From positions 1-56,209 of the forward strand of contig JBDRIY010000090.1 in assembly GCA_043815445.1 (NCBI GenBank): a DNA stretch of 56,209 nucleotides. Reading direction: 5' to 3'. The DNA comes from Candidatus Omnitrophota bacterium (lineage in GTDB: Bacteria; Omnitrophota; Gorgyraeia; Duberdicusellales; 4484-171). This document shows, piece after piece, positions 27,842 to 35,706 of the stretch (position 1 is the stretch's first letter; each line of letters opens with the position of its first letter). Under the pieces are notes generated by a model. It did not search any database and was not told the origin of the DNA. It saw only the letters and a list, made by a program, of their open reading frames with translations. The position numbers and the translations under genes were made by a program.

Positions 27842-27869
27842 TTGACTAATATGGGCAATATAGTAAAAT
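27842..27869 (+). promoter_or_regulatory. sigma70-like promoter candidate for the PKS cluster
   Basis: TTGACT (27842-27847), 16-nt spacer, TAAAAT (27864-27869). Confidence 0.45.
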
Positions 27870-27886
27870 TTTACTAATTAAATTTT

Positions 27887-28009
27887 ACCCCGTTAGAGAT
27901 GATAAGGTCTAATCATGTTTTTATAGTATTTCAATAAAGGATAAAGAGGCTTTTTAGAAAAACAAAGCTAATTTACGGCTATCTAAAGATAGTCTATCTC
28001 TAACGGGGT
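27887..28009 (+). promoter_or_regulatory. structured 5' leader, or MITE-like insert, bounded by a perfect 14-bp inverted repeat
   Basis: accccgttagagat (27887-27900) and atctctaacggggt (27996-28009). The 3' arm covers the only purine-rich SD-like GGGG, 6 nt before the ATG at 28015. Confidence 0.4.
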
Positions 28010-28014
28010 TTACT

Positions 28015-29481
28015 ATGGATATAAGAAATTTACTTATTCAGCATTTCCAAAATTGCCCGCGAAAACCAGCTATTATCTTTGGAGATAGGGTAATTGATTT
28101 TTTGGAGATAAAAGATTCTTCTTTTAGGCTTGCTAATTATCTGTTAAAAGCCGGCTTCAGTGAATCAGATAAGGCAGCTTTATATCTTTCTAATACTCCT
28201 GACGCGGTAACAAGCTTTTTAGGAGTTTTTAGCGCTGGCTTAACAGTTGTGCCTTTAGACTTTATGCTTACCCAGGAAGAGATAATTCATTTTATAAATC
28301 ATAGCGAAGCCAAAGTTTTAATTACCCAGCCTAAAAAAGGAGTGGATTTAGAAAAGATTAAAAATAGCTGTCTTGGTTTAAAAGAGATAATAGTCTGCAA
28401 AGAAGAAGTTAGCCCGTTTTCTTATTGGGGCAAAGTTTTGGAGAGCTCTTGTATTGATAATCCTAATTCAGAAATAAACAGCGGCAGCCTTTCATCTATT
28501 TTTTATACTTCCGGCACAACCGGCCATCCTAAAGGGGTTATGCTTGATTATAAACATTTAAGTAATCCCGTTAAAACAATAGGCCATTTTTTGGGGGTAA
28601 ACGAGAACGACGTGTTTTTATGCGGAGGGGTTCCTTTTTCACATTTCGGCGGGTTAGACTATATTTTGCTAATGATTTATTTCGCGTCAACTATGATTTT
28701 GATGGAAAGGTTTCATCCTTTAGAGTTTTTAAAAAGTATAGAACGCGGCAAGGTTACTATATTCTGCATTGTTCCGGCCATGTATATAGCAATTTTATCG
28801 TTAAAAGAGTATGACAAGCTTGACCTCTCGTCTTTGCGTTACGCGGTTGTATTTGGCGCGCCTTCTTCGCCGATTTTGTTAAAAAGGTTTAATAAGGCTT
28901 GCCCTAACGCTAAACTTTCAAACGGCTGGGGTTTAACTGAGACAGCGGCTCCAAACTGCATGCTGCCGCCTGAGCTTGATAAAATAGAAAGTATTGGAAA
29001 GTTTGCTCCGGGAATGGAAGCTAAAATAGTTGAAGGTGAGCTTTGGGTTAAGGGTGAAGCGGTTATGCGCGGTTATTATAAGGAAGAAGATTTAACAAAA
29101 GAAGTTATAACCGAAGACGGCTGGTTTAAGACCGGAGATATTGCGCGGCGCGATGAACAAGGGCTTTTTTATATTATAGGAAGAAAAAAAGATATGATTA
29201 AAGTTGCCGGTGAGATAGTTTTTCCGGCTGAAGTTGAAGAAAAAATTCAACGCCATCCTCAAATTGAAGAAGCCGCGGTTATAGGAGTAGCAGACCCGTT
29301 AAGAGGAGAGGTTCCTAAAGTTTTTATCGTAACCAATGATAAAGGGCGCCTTGAAATTCAGGCGTTAAAAGAGTTTTTAAAAGAGCATATAGCTCATTTT
29401 AAAATTCCTCATCATTTTGAATTTGTGGAAAGCTTGCCTAAAAACAGGACTGGGAAAGTAGATAAGAGTAAGTTAAAGTAA
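28015..29481 (+). CDS. AMP-dependent synthetase/ligase (acyl- or aryl-CoA/ACP ligase)
   Basis: YTSGTTGHPKGV, GWGLTET, GDIARRDEQGLFYIIGRKKDMIKVAGE, PKNRTGKVDK. Confidence 0.85.
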   Translation: MDIRNLLIQHFQNCPRKPAIIFGDRVIDFLEIKDSSFRLANYLLKAGFSESDKAALYLSNTPDAVTSFLGVFSAGLTVVPLDFMLTQEEIIHFINHSEAKVLITQPKKGVDLEKIKNSCLGLKEIIVCKEEVSPFSYWGKVLESSCIDNPNSEINSGSLSSIFYTSGTTGHPKGVMLDYKHLSNPVKTIGHFLGVNENDVFLCGGVPFSHFGGLDYILLMIYFASTMILMERFHPLEFLKSIERGKVTIFCIVPAMYIAILSLKEYDKLDLSSLRYAVVFGAPSSPILLKRFNKACPNAKLSNGWGLTETAAPNCMLPPELDKIESIGKFAPGMEAKIVEGELWVKGEAVMRGYYKEEDLTKEVITEDGWFKTGDIARRDEQGLFYIIGRKKDMIKVAGEIVFPAEVEEKIQRHPQIEEAAVIGVADPLRGEVPKVFIVTNDKGRLEIQALKEFLKEHIAHFKIPHHFEFVESLPKNRTGKVDKSKLK

Positions 29482-29515
29482 GCGGCGGGATAAATAAAGT
29501 TTAAATTACTAAAGA

Positions 29516-29642
29516 TTTTAAATTCGAAATCCGAAACAAATTTGAAATACGAAATTCTAAACGGATATTAAATTCATTAAAATTTCGAATTTTCCCCATT
29601 TTCTTCATTTGTTTCGAATTTCGGATTTCGTGCTTCGGATTT
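29516..29642. repeat. long intergenic hairpin, AAATCCGAAA word family (copy 3)
   Basis: Left arm aaattcgaaatccgaaacaaatttgaaatacgaaatt. Right arm tttcgaatttcggatttcgtgcttcggattt. Confidence 0.9.
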
Positions 29643-29707
29643 ACTGTTCTTTAGGCCAATTAGAATAATTAAACAGTGATAAGTATATTAAATAAGGAGC
29701 GTTAACT

Positions 29708-30472
29708 ATGATGCAGAAAGATATTCATTTACATCCCCAGGGACTTTTGGAATCTTTACAGTTTAGGCAAGGGGATTTTGGAGAAGTTGCTTTAATCAGC
29801 GGACAGCAGCATAGGGCAAAAATGTGCCTTCCTAAATTAGAAAATTGTGTGAAAAACTTTACGTTTTTAGGTTATACTTTTTGGACTGGTTTCTACAAAG
29901 GGAAAAAAGTTACTGTTGGCAACGGCGGGTTTTTCGCTCCGGATTCAGCTTTTGTTACTGAGATGCTTTGTGTTGGAGGGATTAATACTTTTATCAGGCT
30001 TGGCTCTTGCGGAGCTTTAAAGGAAGAGATAAATGTGGGCGATTATATTTTGGCTACTGATGTTATAAGGGGCGATGGCGCTACTCGTTATTATGTGGAG
30101 GATGATTATATATCTAAGGTAAGTGAAGATTTAACAGTTTCTTTAGGAAAGGCTTTTAGCAACGCGGGTAAAGTTTATAAAGGGGGTGTTTGGACAACGG
30201 ATGCTTTGTTTAAGGAGACTAAAGATATAGTAAATTCTTTTATTCAAAGAGGCGCGATAGGGGTTGATATGGTAACTTCGCCATTTGTAACAATAGCTAA
30301 CCTTTATAACAAAAAAGTAGCGGCGATATTAGCGGTTTCAGATAATCTTATTACTGGAGCCTTAGGTTTTTCAGATTACCGTTTTTTTGAAGCTGAAATG
30401 AAAATGACTGACATAGCTTTTAGTGTTGTTGAAAAATTACAGCCGCGGAAAATAACAGAAAACGTGGAGTAG
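29708..30472 (+). CDS. PNP_UDP_1-family nucleoside phosphorylase/hydrolase
   Basis: GNGGFFAPDSA, IRLGSCGAL, GVDMVTS and VSDNL are typical of the uridine/purine phosphorylase fold. Confidence 0.6.
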   Translation: MMQKDIHLHPQGLLESLQFRQGDFGEVALISGQQHRAKMCLPKLENCVKNFTFLGYTFWTGFYKGKKVTVGNGGFFAPDSAFVTEMLCVGGINTFIRLGSCGALKEEINVGDYILATDVIRGDGATRYYVEDDYISKVSEDLTVSLGKAFSNAGKVYKGGVWTTDALFKETKDIVNSFIQRGAIGVDMVTSPFVTIANLYNKKVAAILAVSDNLITGALGFSDYRFFEAEMKMTDIAFSVVEKLQPRKITENVE

Positions 30473-30476
30473 AAAA

Positions 30477-30746
30477 ATGAATATTGAATGGAATCAGGAC
30501 GCGAAAAGTAGTTTTGATAAGGTGATTAGTAATCTTCCTCAGTTTCATAGAAGTATTGCTGAAAGGTTAGTCAAAGAAAAGGCCCGGGAACTTGCTAATC
30601 AGAGGAATTCTCAAATTGTAGAGAATCAAGATGTAGTTCGCGCTTTTTTCCAGGAAGTTCCTCCGGCTTTTAAAGATATGATGAAGAGGCTATTTAGCCA
30701 GTTAAATATAGATTGTTGTAGTTATGCCGATGAATCGGGAAATTAA
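30477..30746 (+). CDS. small protein, PCP_red-like (tentative)
   Basis: 89 aa. WNQDAKSSFDKVISNLPQFHRSIAERLVKEKARELA resembles the PF08369 pattern. Confidence 0.3.
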   Translation: MNIEWNQDAKSSFDKVISNLPQFHRSIAERLVKEKARELANQRNSQIVENQDVVRAFFQEVPPAFKDMMKRLFSQLNIDCCSYADESGN

Positions 30747-31170
30747 GCAAAGTATTGCTATAAATGCTGATTACCTAAAGATTTTTGAAGAATTGCTTTT
30801 CTGGGGCCAAAGCCAATGGTGGCCGAAGAATTCTTTGATGCGGTTTGAGAACCTTACTAAGGATATAAGAGAAAAAACTTTATATTTACAAAAAATTAAG
30901 CTCCCTTTCGGGCCTAAATGGCATAGCGTAAACGAAACAATAGACAGAAATAAATTATATATAAAAAGAGTTTTTCTTGACGGGCTGTTTGAGGGCTGTG
31001 AAGAGCTATCGGTTTTAAAAGGCAAAGGTACCCCAGAAGTTGTTTATTGCTTTAATTATAAAGTAAAGGGCTTTTTTAACAAATTAATCTGGAAAATATT
31101 GTTTAAGAAACTGCACATAAAAAATATAAATTTGGTTTTACAATCCTTAAAAAACTATTTAGAAAATTAA
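30730..31170 (+). CDS. SRPBCC-superfamily protein (tentative)
   Basis: IAINADYLKIFEELLFWGQSQWWP resembles the SRPBCC N-terminal signature. About 146 aa. Confidence 0.45.
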   Translation: MNREIKQSIAINADYLKIFEELLFWGQSQWWPKNSLMRFENLTKDIREKTLYLQKIKLPFGPKWHSVNETIDRNKLYIKRVFLDGLFEGCEELSVLKGKGTPEVVYCFNYKVKGFFNKLIWKILFKKLHIKNINLVLQSLKNYLEN

Positions 31171-31229
31171 ACGTTGATTATTTTCGCGTTAATCCGCGTT
31201 GATATCCGCGTTTATCCGTGTATCCGAAC
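31171..31229. repeat. ATCCGCGT words (reverse complement of ACGCGGAT), tandem and degenerate
   Basis: atccgcgt at 31192-31199 and 31204-31211. Degenerate atccgtgt and atccgaac follow. Confidence 0.8.
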
Positions 31230-31243
31230 AAGGTGAGGATAAA

Positions 31244-32236
31244 ATGAAAACAGCAGTAATAGGGTGCGGAGCAATTGGCGGGTTATTTCTAGGTAAGCTT
31301 TCAGAATGTCCCTGTGATCTTATTGGCGTAGTTAGGGGTTACCAAAAAAAGTCTCTGGAAGAAGAAGGGCTTATTATTGAAACCGCGGGCAAGAGTGTTA
31401 ACTATCAAATAAAAATTGATACCAAGCTTAACGAAAATCCGGACGTGGCAATTTTTACGGTAAAGATAAATGACTTAGAGCAGGCGGTAAGGGATAATAT
31501 TGAAAATTTAAAAGATACGATTATAGTAAGTACCCAGAATGGGATAAAAGCTGAACGTATTCTTAGCAAGTATTTTGGTAAGGATAAAATTATTACTGGA
31601 ATAGTAATGTTTGGAGCGACTTTTTACGCGCCGAATAAAGTTGTGCATAATTTTGGCAAGGATTTAATCTTAGGTAATATTTTCGGAGCAGTTTCTGATA
31701 GCCTTGAACAGGTTCAAAATCTTCTTAGTGGTTCTTTTGAAATTAAGATTTCAAACAATATAAAGGGCGCGAAGTATCTTAAACTATTTATTAACCTTAA
31801 TAATTGTATTCCTGCTGTTTTAGGCTTATCTATGCAGGAAACTTTTGCCGACTTGGATTGCGCCCGGCTGGCTATACGGTTAAACAGAGAAGCCTATGCT
31901 ATAGCTAAAAATAGCGGCATTGAATTAGAAAGTTTGCCTTCTTATCCTAAACAAAAAATAGAAGGGTTGGCTTCAATAGGCTTAGAATATGCCGCGGAAT
32001 TATTTTCTAAGTTAATGATATCTTTAAGCAAAGAACCGCTGGACGGTTCAATACTACAAAGCATAAAACGTTCAAGGAAATCAGAAATTGATTATATAAA
32101 TGGTGAGATTGTTGAGTTAGCTAAGGAAAGCGGGTTTGACGCTTCTTTGAATGAAAAAATCGTTGAGCTTGTCCATAGGGTAGAAGATTCAGGGAAGTTT
32201 TTAGAAAAAAAAGATTTATTGGAACAGTTTAGGTGA
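31244..32236 (+). CDS. ApbA/PanE-family (2-dehydropantoate reductase-like) NAD(P)H oxidoreductase
   Basis: Start trimmed to MKTAVIGCGAIGG, which sits behind AGGTGAGG. The length and C-terminal helical domain fit the family. Confidence 0.7.
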   Translation: MKTAVIGCGAIGGLFLGKLSECPCDLIGVVRGYQKKSLEEEGLIIETAGKSVNYQIKIDTKLNENPDVAIFTVKINDLEQAVRDNIENLKDTIIVSTQNGIKAERILSKYFGKDKIITGIVMFGATFYAPNKVVHNFGKDLILGNIFGAVSDSLEQVQNLLSGSFEIKISNNIKGAKYLKLFINLNNCIPAVLGLSMQETFADLDCARLAIRLNREAYAIAKNSGIELESLPSYPKQKIEGLASIGLEYAAELFSKLMISLSKEPLDGSILQSIKRSRKSEIDYINGEIVELAKESGFDASLNEKIVELVHRVEDSGKFLEKKDLLEQFR

Positions 32237-32304
32237 TAGACAATATAATAAATATCGTATATCAAAAACCAGAATCGAGAAACGAGAATCAAGGAGTGAG
32301 AAAT

Positions 32305-32892
32305 ATGCCAAGAGTGAAATTTCCTAAGTTAAAGATGACGGTTATTGAGCAGAAAGGGTATTGTTATCATAATTATAAGGTAGGAGATGAGTTTATATTG
32401 GATGATTTTACTCATCCGCCTAAACATTTCTGCAGTGGGCTTATTAAGTCCGCGTTCCCTTGTCTTTATGCTTTAACTTTTGGGGCCGAGTTTAAGTTTA
32501 TGGATAATACCAAATCAATTAAGACAACTTGTCCTGATGACGGCAAATTAGCTTTTAAAATTGAAGTTCTTGATGATCAAGGCAAAGTTATAAATAAGCC
32601 TCAAACTGAAAAACCTAAACCTAAACCTAAAACTCTTGAAATAGAGGTTGATCAGGTGTGCGGGCATTGTTTTTTTGGTTATAAAAAAGGGGATAAATTT
32701 GTAGTTGAAGGTTTAAAAACACCAGCTGGGTTTTGCGGAGCGGCATATAGTATTTTATTTCCGGTTTTATTTGCTTTAAATTTCGGAGCTGAGTTTTCTT
32801 TTGAGGATAATCCAATTTGTAAAACCAATACAACCTGTCCTGATGGAGGAAATATAAAGTTTAAAGTTAGGAGAATTAAATGCGAAGAGTAG
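32305..32892 (+). CDS. tandem-duplicated TIGR04076-like Cys-rich protein
   Basis: Start trimmed to MPRVKF behind AAGGAG. Two homologous halves (..GDEF..FCSG..ALTFGAEFKF..TTCPDDGKLAFKIEV / ..GDKF..FCGA..ALNFGAEFSF..TTCPDGGNIKFKVRR) are joined by the linker PKPKPK. Confidence 0.5.
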   Translation: MPRVKFPKLKMTVIEQKGYCYHNYKVGDEFILDDFTHPPKHFCSGLIKSAFPCLYALTFGAEFKFMDNTKSIKTTCPDDGKLAFKIEVLDDQGKVINKPQTEKPKPKPKTLEIEVDQVCGHCFFGYKKGDKFVVEGLKTPAGFCGAAYSILFPVLFALNFGAEFSFEDNPICKTNTTCPDGGNIKFKVRRIKCEE

Positions 32893-34133
32893 TAATCACA
32901 GGCATTGGAGTTATCTGCGCCGCCGGAGAAGACAAAGAAACTTTTTATACGAATTTGATTGAAGGAAAACCTTGTGTTGAGAGAGTTGAGAATTTTGACG
33001 TGAGCTTATTTGTTTCTAAAATAGCTTCGCAGGATTTGAATTTTGACCCTTTAAATTTCGGCATAAAAGAACATAAGCGTATGGACCGTTATGTTCAATT
33101 TGGAGTTGCCGCTGCCAATCGAGCGGTTAAAGACGCTAAGCTTGATTTTACGAAGTTGGATTCAAGAAGATGCGGAGTTGTTCTTGCTAACGCGATTTGC
33201 GGAACACGGTTTATGGAAGAAGAATTTTTAATGGTTACTGATTGGGGTAAAAAACCTATAGATCCCCGAAAAGCCCGGCCTTATCTTTATGACGCGGCTA
33301 TGTTTAATTCTCCCAGCGCTGAAATAGGAGGAATTCATAAGACAAAAGGTATTAATTGCACGATTTCAACCGGATGCACTGCCGGAACCGACTCTCTAGG
33401 TTTTTCTTTTGAACTTATTCGCGAGGGACGACAGGATGTAGTTATTGCCGGAGCAAGCGAGGCTCCGATTACGCCGATTACTTTTGGGGCTTTTGACGTG
33501 GTTAATGTTTTAGCCAAGAATAATGATGAACCGCATAAAGCTAGCCGGCCTTTTGATAATAAACGCAATGGGTTTGTAATCTCAGAGGCTGCCGGGGTTG
33601 TTATCCTGGAAGAGTTTGAACATGCTAAAAAAAGAGGCGCTCATATTTATGCTGAGATATTGGGTTATGGAACAAGTTGTAACGCTTACCATATGACTGA
33701 TTTACCCGCGGATGGAGAGCCTATGGCAATTTGTATGGAAGAAGCAATAAAAGAAGCCGGTATAAAAAAGGAAGAGATAGACTACATTAACGCCCATGGT
33801 TCATCTACTCGTCAGAATGATGCTTTTGAAACTGATGCTTATAAAAAGGTGTTTGGCGATTTAGCTTATAAGGTTCCTATAAGTTCAATTAAATCTATGA
33901 TTGGCCACCCTCTGGCGGCAGCCAATGCTGTTGAAAGCGTTTTATGCTGTATGATATTTGAAAAAGGGTATCTTCCACCGACTATAAATCAGGAGGAGCC
34001 GGATCCCAAATGTGATTTAGATTATATCCCTAATAAAAAAAGGGAAATAATGCCTGAATATATATTAAAAACCAGCAGTGGATTTTCAGGAATTCACTCT
34101 TCTATTGTGTTTAAGCGTTATGGACGCGGATAA
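32880..34133 (+). CDS. type II PKS ketosynthase alpha (KS-alpha)
   Basis: ISTGCTAGTDSLG (active-site Cys), YINAHGSSTRQND, SIKSMIGHPLAAA. Confidence 0.88.
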   Translation: MRRVVITGIGVICAAGEDKETFYTNLIEGKPCVERVENFDVSLFVSKIASQDLNFDPLNFGIKEHKRMDRYVQFGVAAANRAVKDAKLDFTKLDSRRCGVVLANAICGTRFMEEEFLMVTDWGKKPIDPRKARPYLYDAAMFNSPSAEIGGIHKTKGINCTISTGCTAGTDSLGFSFELIREGRQDVVIAGASEAPITPITFGAFDVVNVLAKNNDEPHKASRPFDNKRNGFVISEAAGVVILEEFEHAKKRGAHIYAEILGYGTSCNAYHMTDLPADGEPMAICMEEAIKEAGIKKEEIDYINAHGSSTRQNDAFETDAYKKVFGDLAYKVPISSIKSMIGHPLAAANAVESVLCCMIFEKGYLPPTINQEEPDPKCDLDYIPNKKREIMPEYILKTSSGFSGIHSSIVFKRYGRG

Positions 34134-34141
34134 ACGCGGAT
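34124..34141. repeat. ACGCGGAT word x2 spanning the KS-alpha stop codon
   Basis: acgcggat at 34124-34131 and 34134-34141. The TAA stop lies at 34131-34133. Confidence 0.8.
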
Positions 34142-34163
34142 ATTTTAAGAAAAGGAGTTTATA

Positions 34164-35393
34164 GTGGAAAGGGTAGCAATAACTGGTGTAGGAGTAGTTT
34201 CGCCTTGCGGGCTTAAAAAAGAAACTTTTTGGGCAAATCTTAAAAGAGGCGAATCTTTTATCGATGAGATTAAGAGGTTTGACGCTTCGCTTTACTCCTG
34301 TCGTATTGCCGGACAGGTTCATGAGCTGGATCATTATACTCATCTTTCAGGAAGATTGATAAAAAAAATAGATGTATTTTCTCATATGGCTTTAGTTGCC
34401 AGCGAACAAGCGCTTAGGGATGCGAATGTTGATTTAGAAAATATTGATAAAAAAAGAGTAGGCGTTTTTATGGGTAATGCTTTAGGAGGTTGGCTTTTTG
34501 CCGAGACTGAATTAAGAGATATGTATATAGAAGGCAGGGACGGTGTTTCTCCCTATATGGCTTCAGCCTGGTTTCCGGCAGCTCCTCAAGGCCAGGTTAC
34601 TATATATTATGGTTTTAAAGGTTATAGTAAAACAGTAGTGGCTGATAAAGCTTCTTCAGCTTTATCTTTGTGGTATGGAGCAAAAACAGTTGCTCAGGAT
34701 AAGAATGATTTTGTAGTGGCTGGAGGAATGGAAGCACCGATTACTCCTTATGCTATGCTTTGCGTGAATACCAGAGGCGGAGCTTCAAAAAATAATCTTA
34801 ATTTTAAAAAGGCTTACCGGCCTTATGACTTGTACCGTGATGGATTTGTTCCGGCAGAGGGCGCGGGAATGGTGATTTTAGAGAAAGAGTCTCAAGCCCG
34901 GAAAAGAGGAGTAAATATTTATGGGTTTATAAAAGGAATTGGTTTTTCTTCGGACGGTTACGATTATGCCCGCTACAGCCCGTCAACAGAAAGTTTTGAA
35001 TATGCCATAGAAGAATGTTTGAAAGATGCCGGATGGAACAAGGAGGATATTGATTATATTTGTTTAGACGCTGAAGCCAGCACGATGGGGGATTATTTGG
35101 AAACTCAAACTTTAAAAAATGTTTTTGGCGATAATTTAAAAAATATAGCTTTAAGCGCTCCTAAAAGTATGTTTGGAAATTTACTTGGGGCTCAAACCGC
35201 GTTGGATTTGATTGTTACAATTTTTTCTATGAAGAATAACTTAATTCTTCCGACGATTAATCATGAAATGAACGATCCTTATTGTGATTTGGATTATACT
35301 TTTAATAGCCCAAAAGAAAAAGAGGTTAATAAAGCTCTTATTTTAGCCAGGGGCAGAGGCGGAATAAACGTTATTTTGGCAATAGAAAAGTAA
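34164..35393 (+). CDS. type II PKS ketosynthase beta / chain-length factor-like (no active-site Cys)
   Basis: GTG start. KS fold (AITGVGVVSPCG, GGMEAPITP). The Cys position reads VVADKASSA (K162, codon 34647-34649). Both catalytic His positions are also lost. Confidence 0.8.
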   Translation: MERVAITGVGVVSPCGLKKETFWANLKRGESFIDEIKRFDASLYSCRIAGQVHELDHYTHLSGRLIKKIDVFSHMALVASEQALRDANVDLENIDKKRVGVFMGNALGGWLFAETELRDMYIEGRDGVSPYMASAWFPAAPQGQVTIYYGFKGYSKTVVADKASSALSLWYGAKTVAQDKNDFVVAGGMEAPITPYAMLCVNTRGGASKNNLNFKKAYRPYDLYRDGFVPAEGAGMVILEKESQARKRGVNIYGFIKGIGFSSDGYDYARYSPSTESFEYAIEECLKDAGWNKEDIDYICLDAEASTMGDYLETQTLKNVFGDNLKNIALSAPKSMFGNLLGAQTALDLIVTIFSMKNNLILPTINHEMNDPYCDLDYTFNSPKEKEVNKALILARGRGGINVILAIEK

Positions 35394-35431
35394 AAGTATC
35401 ACGTAGCACGTTTTTAGACAAGGAGGGAGAT

Positions 35432-35668
35432 GTGGACCTAAAAGCTGAAGTTTTAGACGTTATCTGTAAAACATTGGATATTAGCGAGGATGAATTAAAA
35501 GACGGGCAAAAACTATATGATTCAATCGGCGTTGATTCAACTGAAATGGTGGAGGTAGTTGTTACTTTGAATAAGCATTTCGGGATTAAAATTGAAACTA
35601 GTGAAATTACTAAGTTTTCTACACCCGAAGAAGTCATCAGCGTCATTGAAAAAAAGAAACAACAATAA
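35432..35668 (+). CDS. acyl carrier protein
   Basis: 78 aa, GTG start behind AAGGAGGG. Phosphopantetheine site GVDSTEMVE. Confidence 0.8.
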   Translation: MDLKAEVLDVICKTLDISEDELKDGQKLYDSIGVDSTEMVEVVVTLNKHFGIKIETSEITKFSTPEEVISVIEKKKQQ

Positions 35669-35670
35669 AA

Positions 35671-35693
35671 AATCGGACGTCTGACGTCCGATT
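35671..35693 (+). terminator. hairpin after the ACP gene (attenuator or terminator candidate)
   Basis: aatcggacgt ctg acgtccgatt: 10-bp stem, short T run. Confidence 0.4.
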
Positions 35694-35706
35694 TGGAAGG
35701 CAGGGT

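Noticed and set aside
32880-35393. The KS pair interpreted as primary fatty-acid synthase FabF/FabB genes.
   Set aside because: The second copy lacks the catalytic Cys and both His residues. The first has STGCT/HGSST wording typical of type II PKS KS-alpha. The pair is flanked by ARO/CYC and cyclase genes, and no fabG/fabZ/fabI/fabD/fabH set accompanies them.
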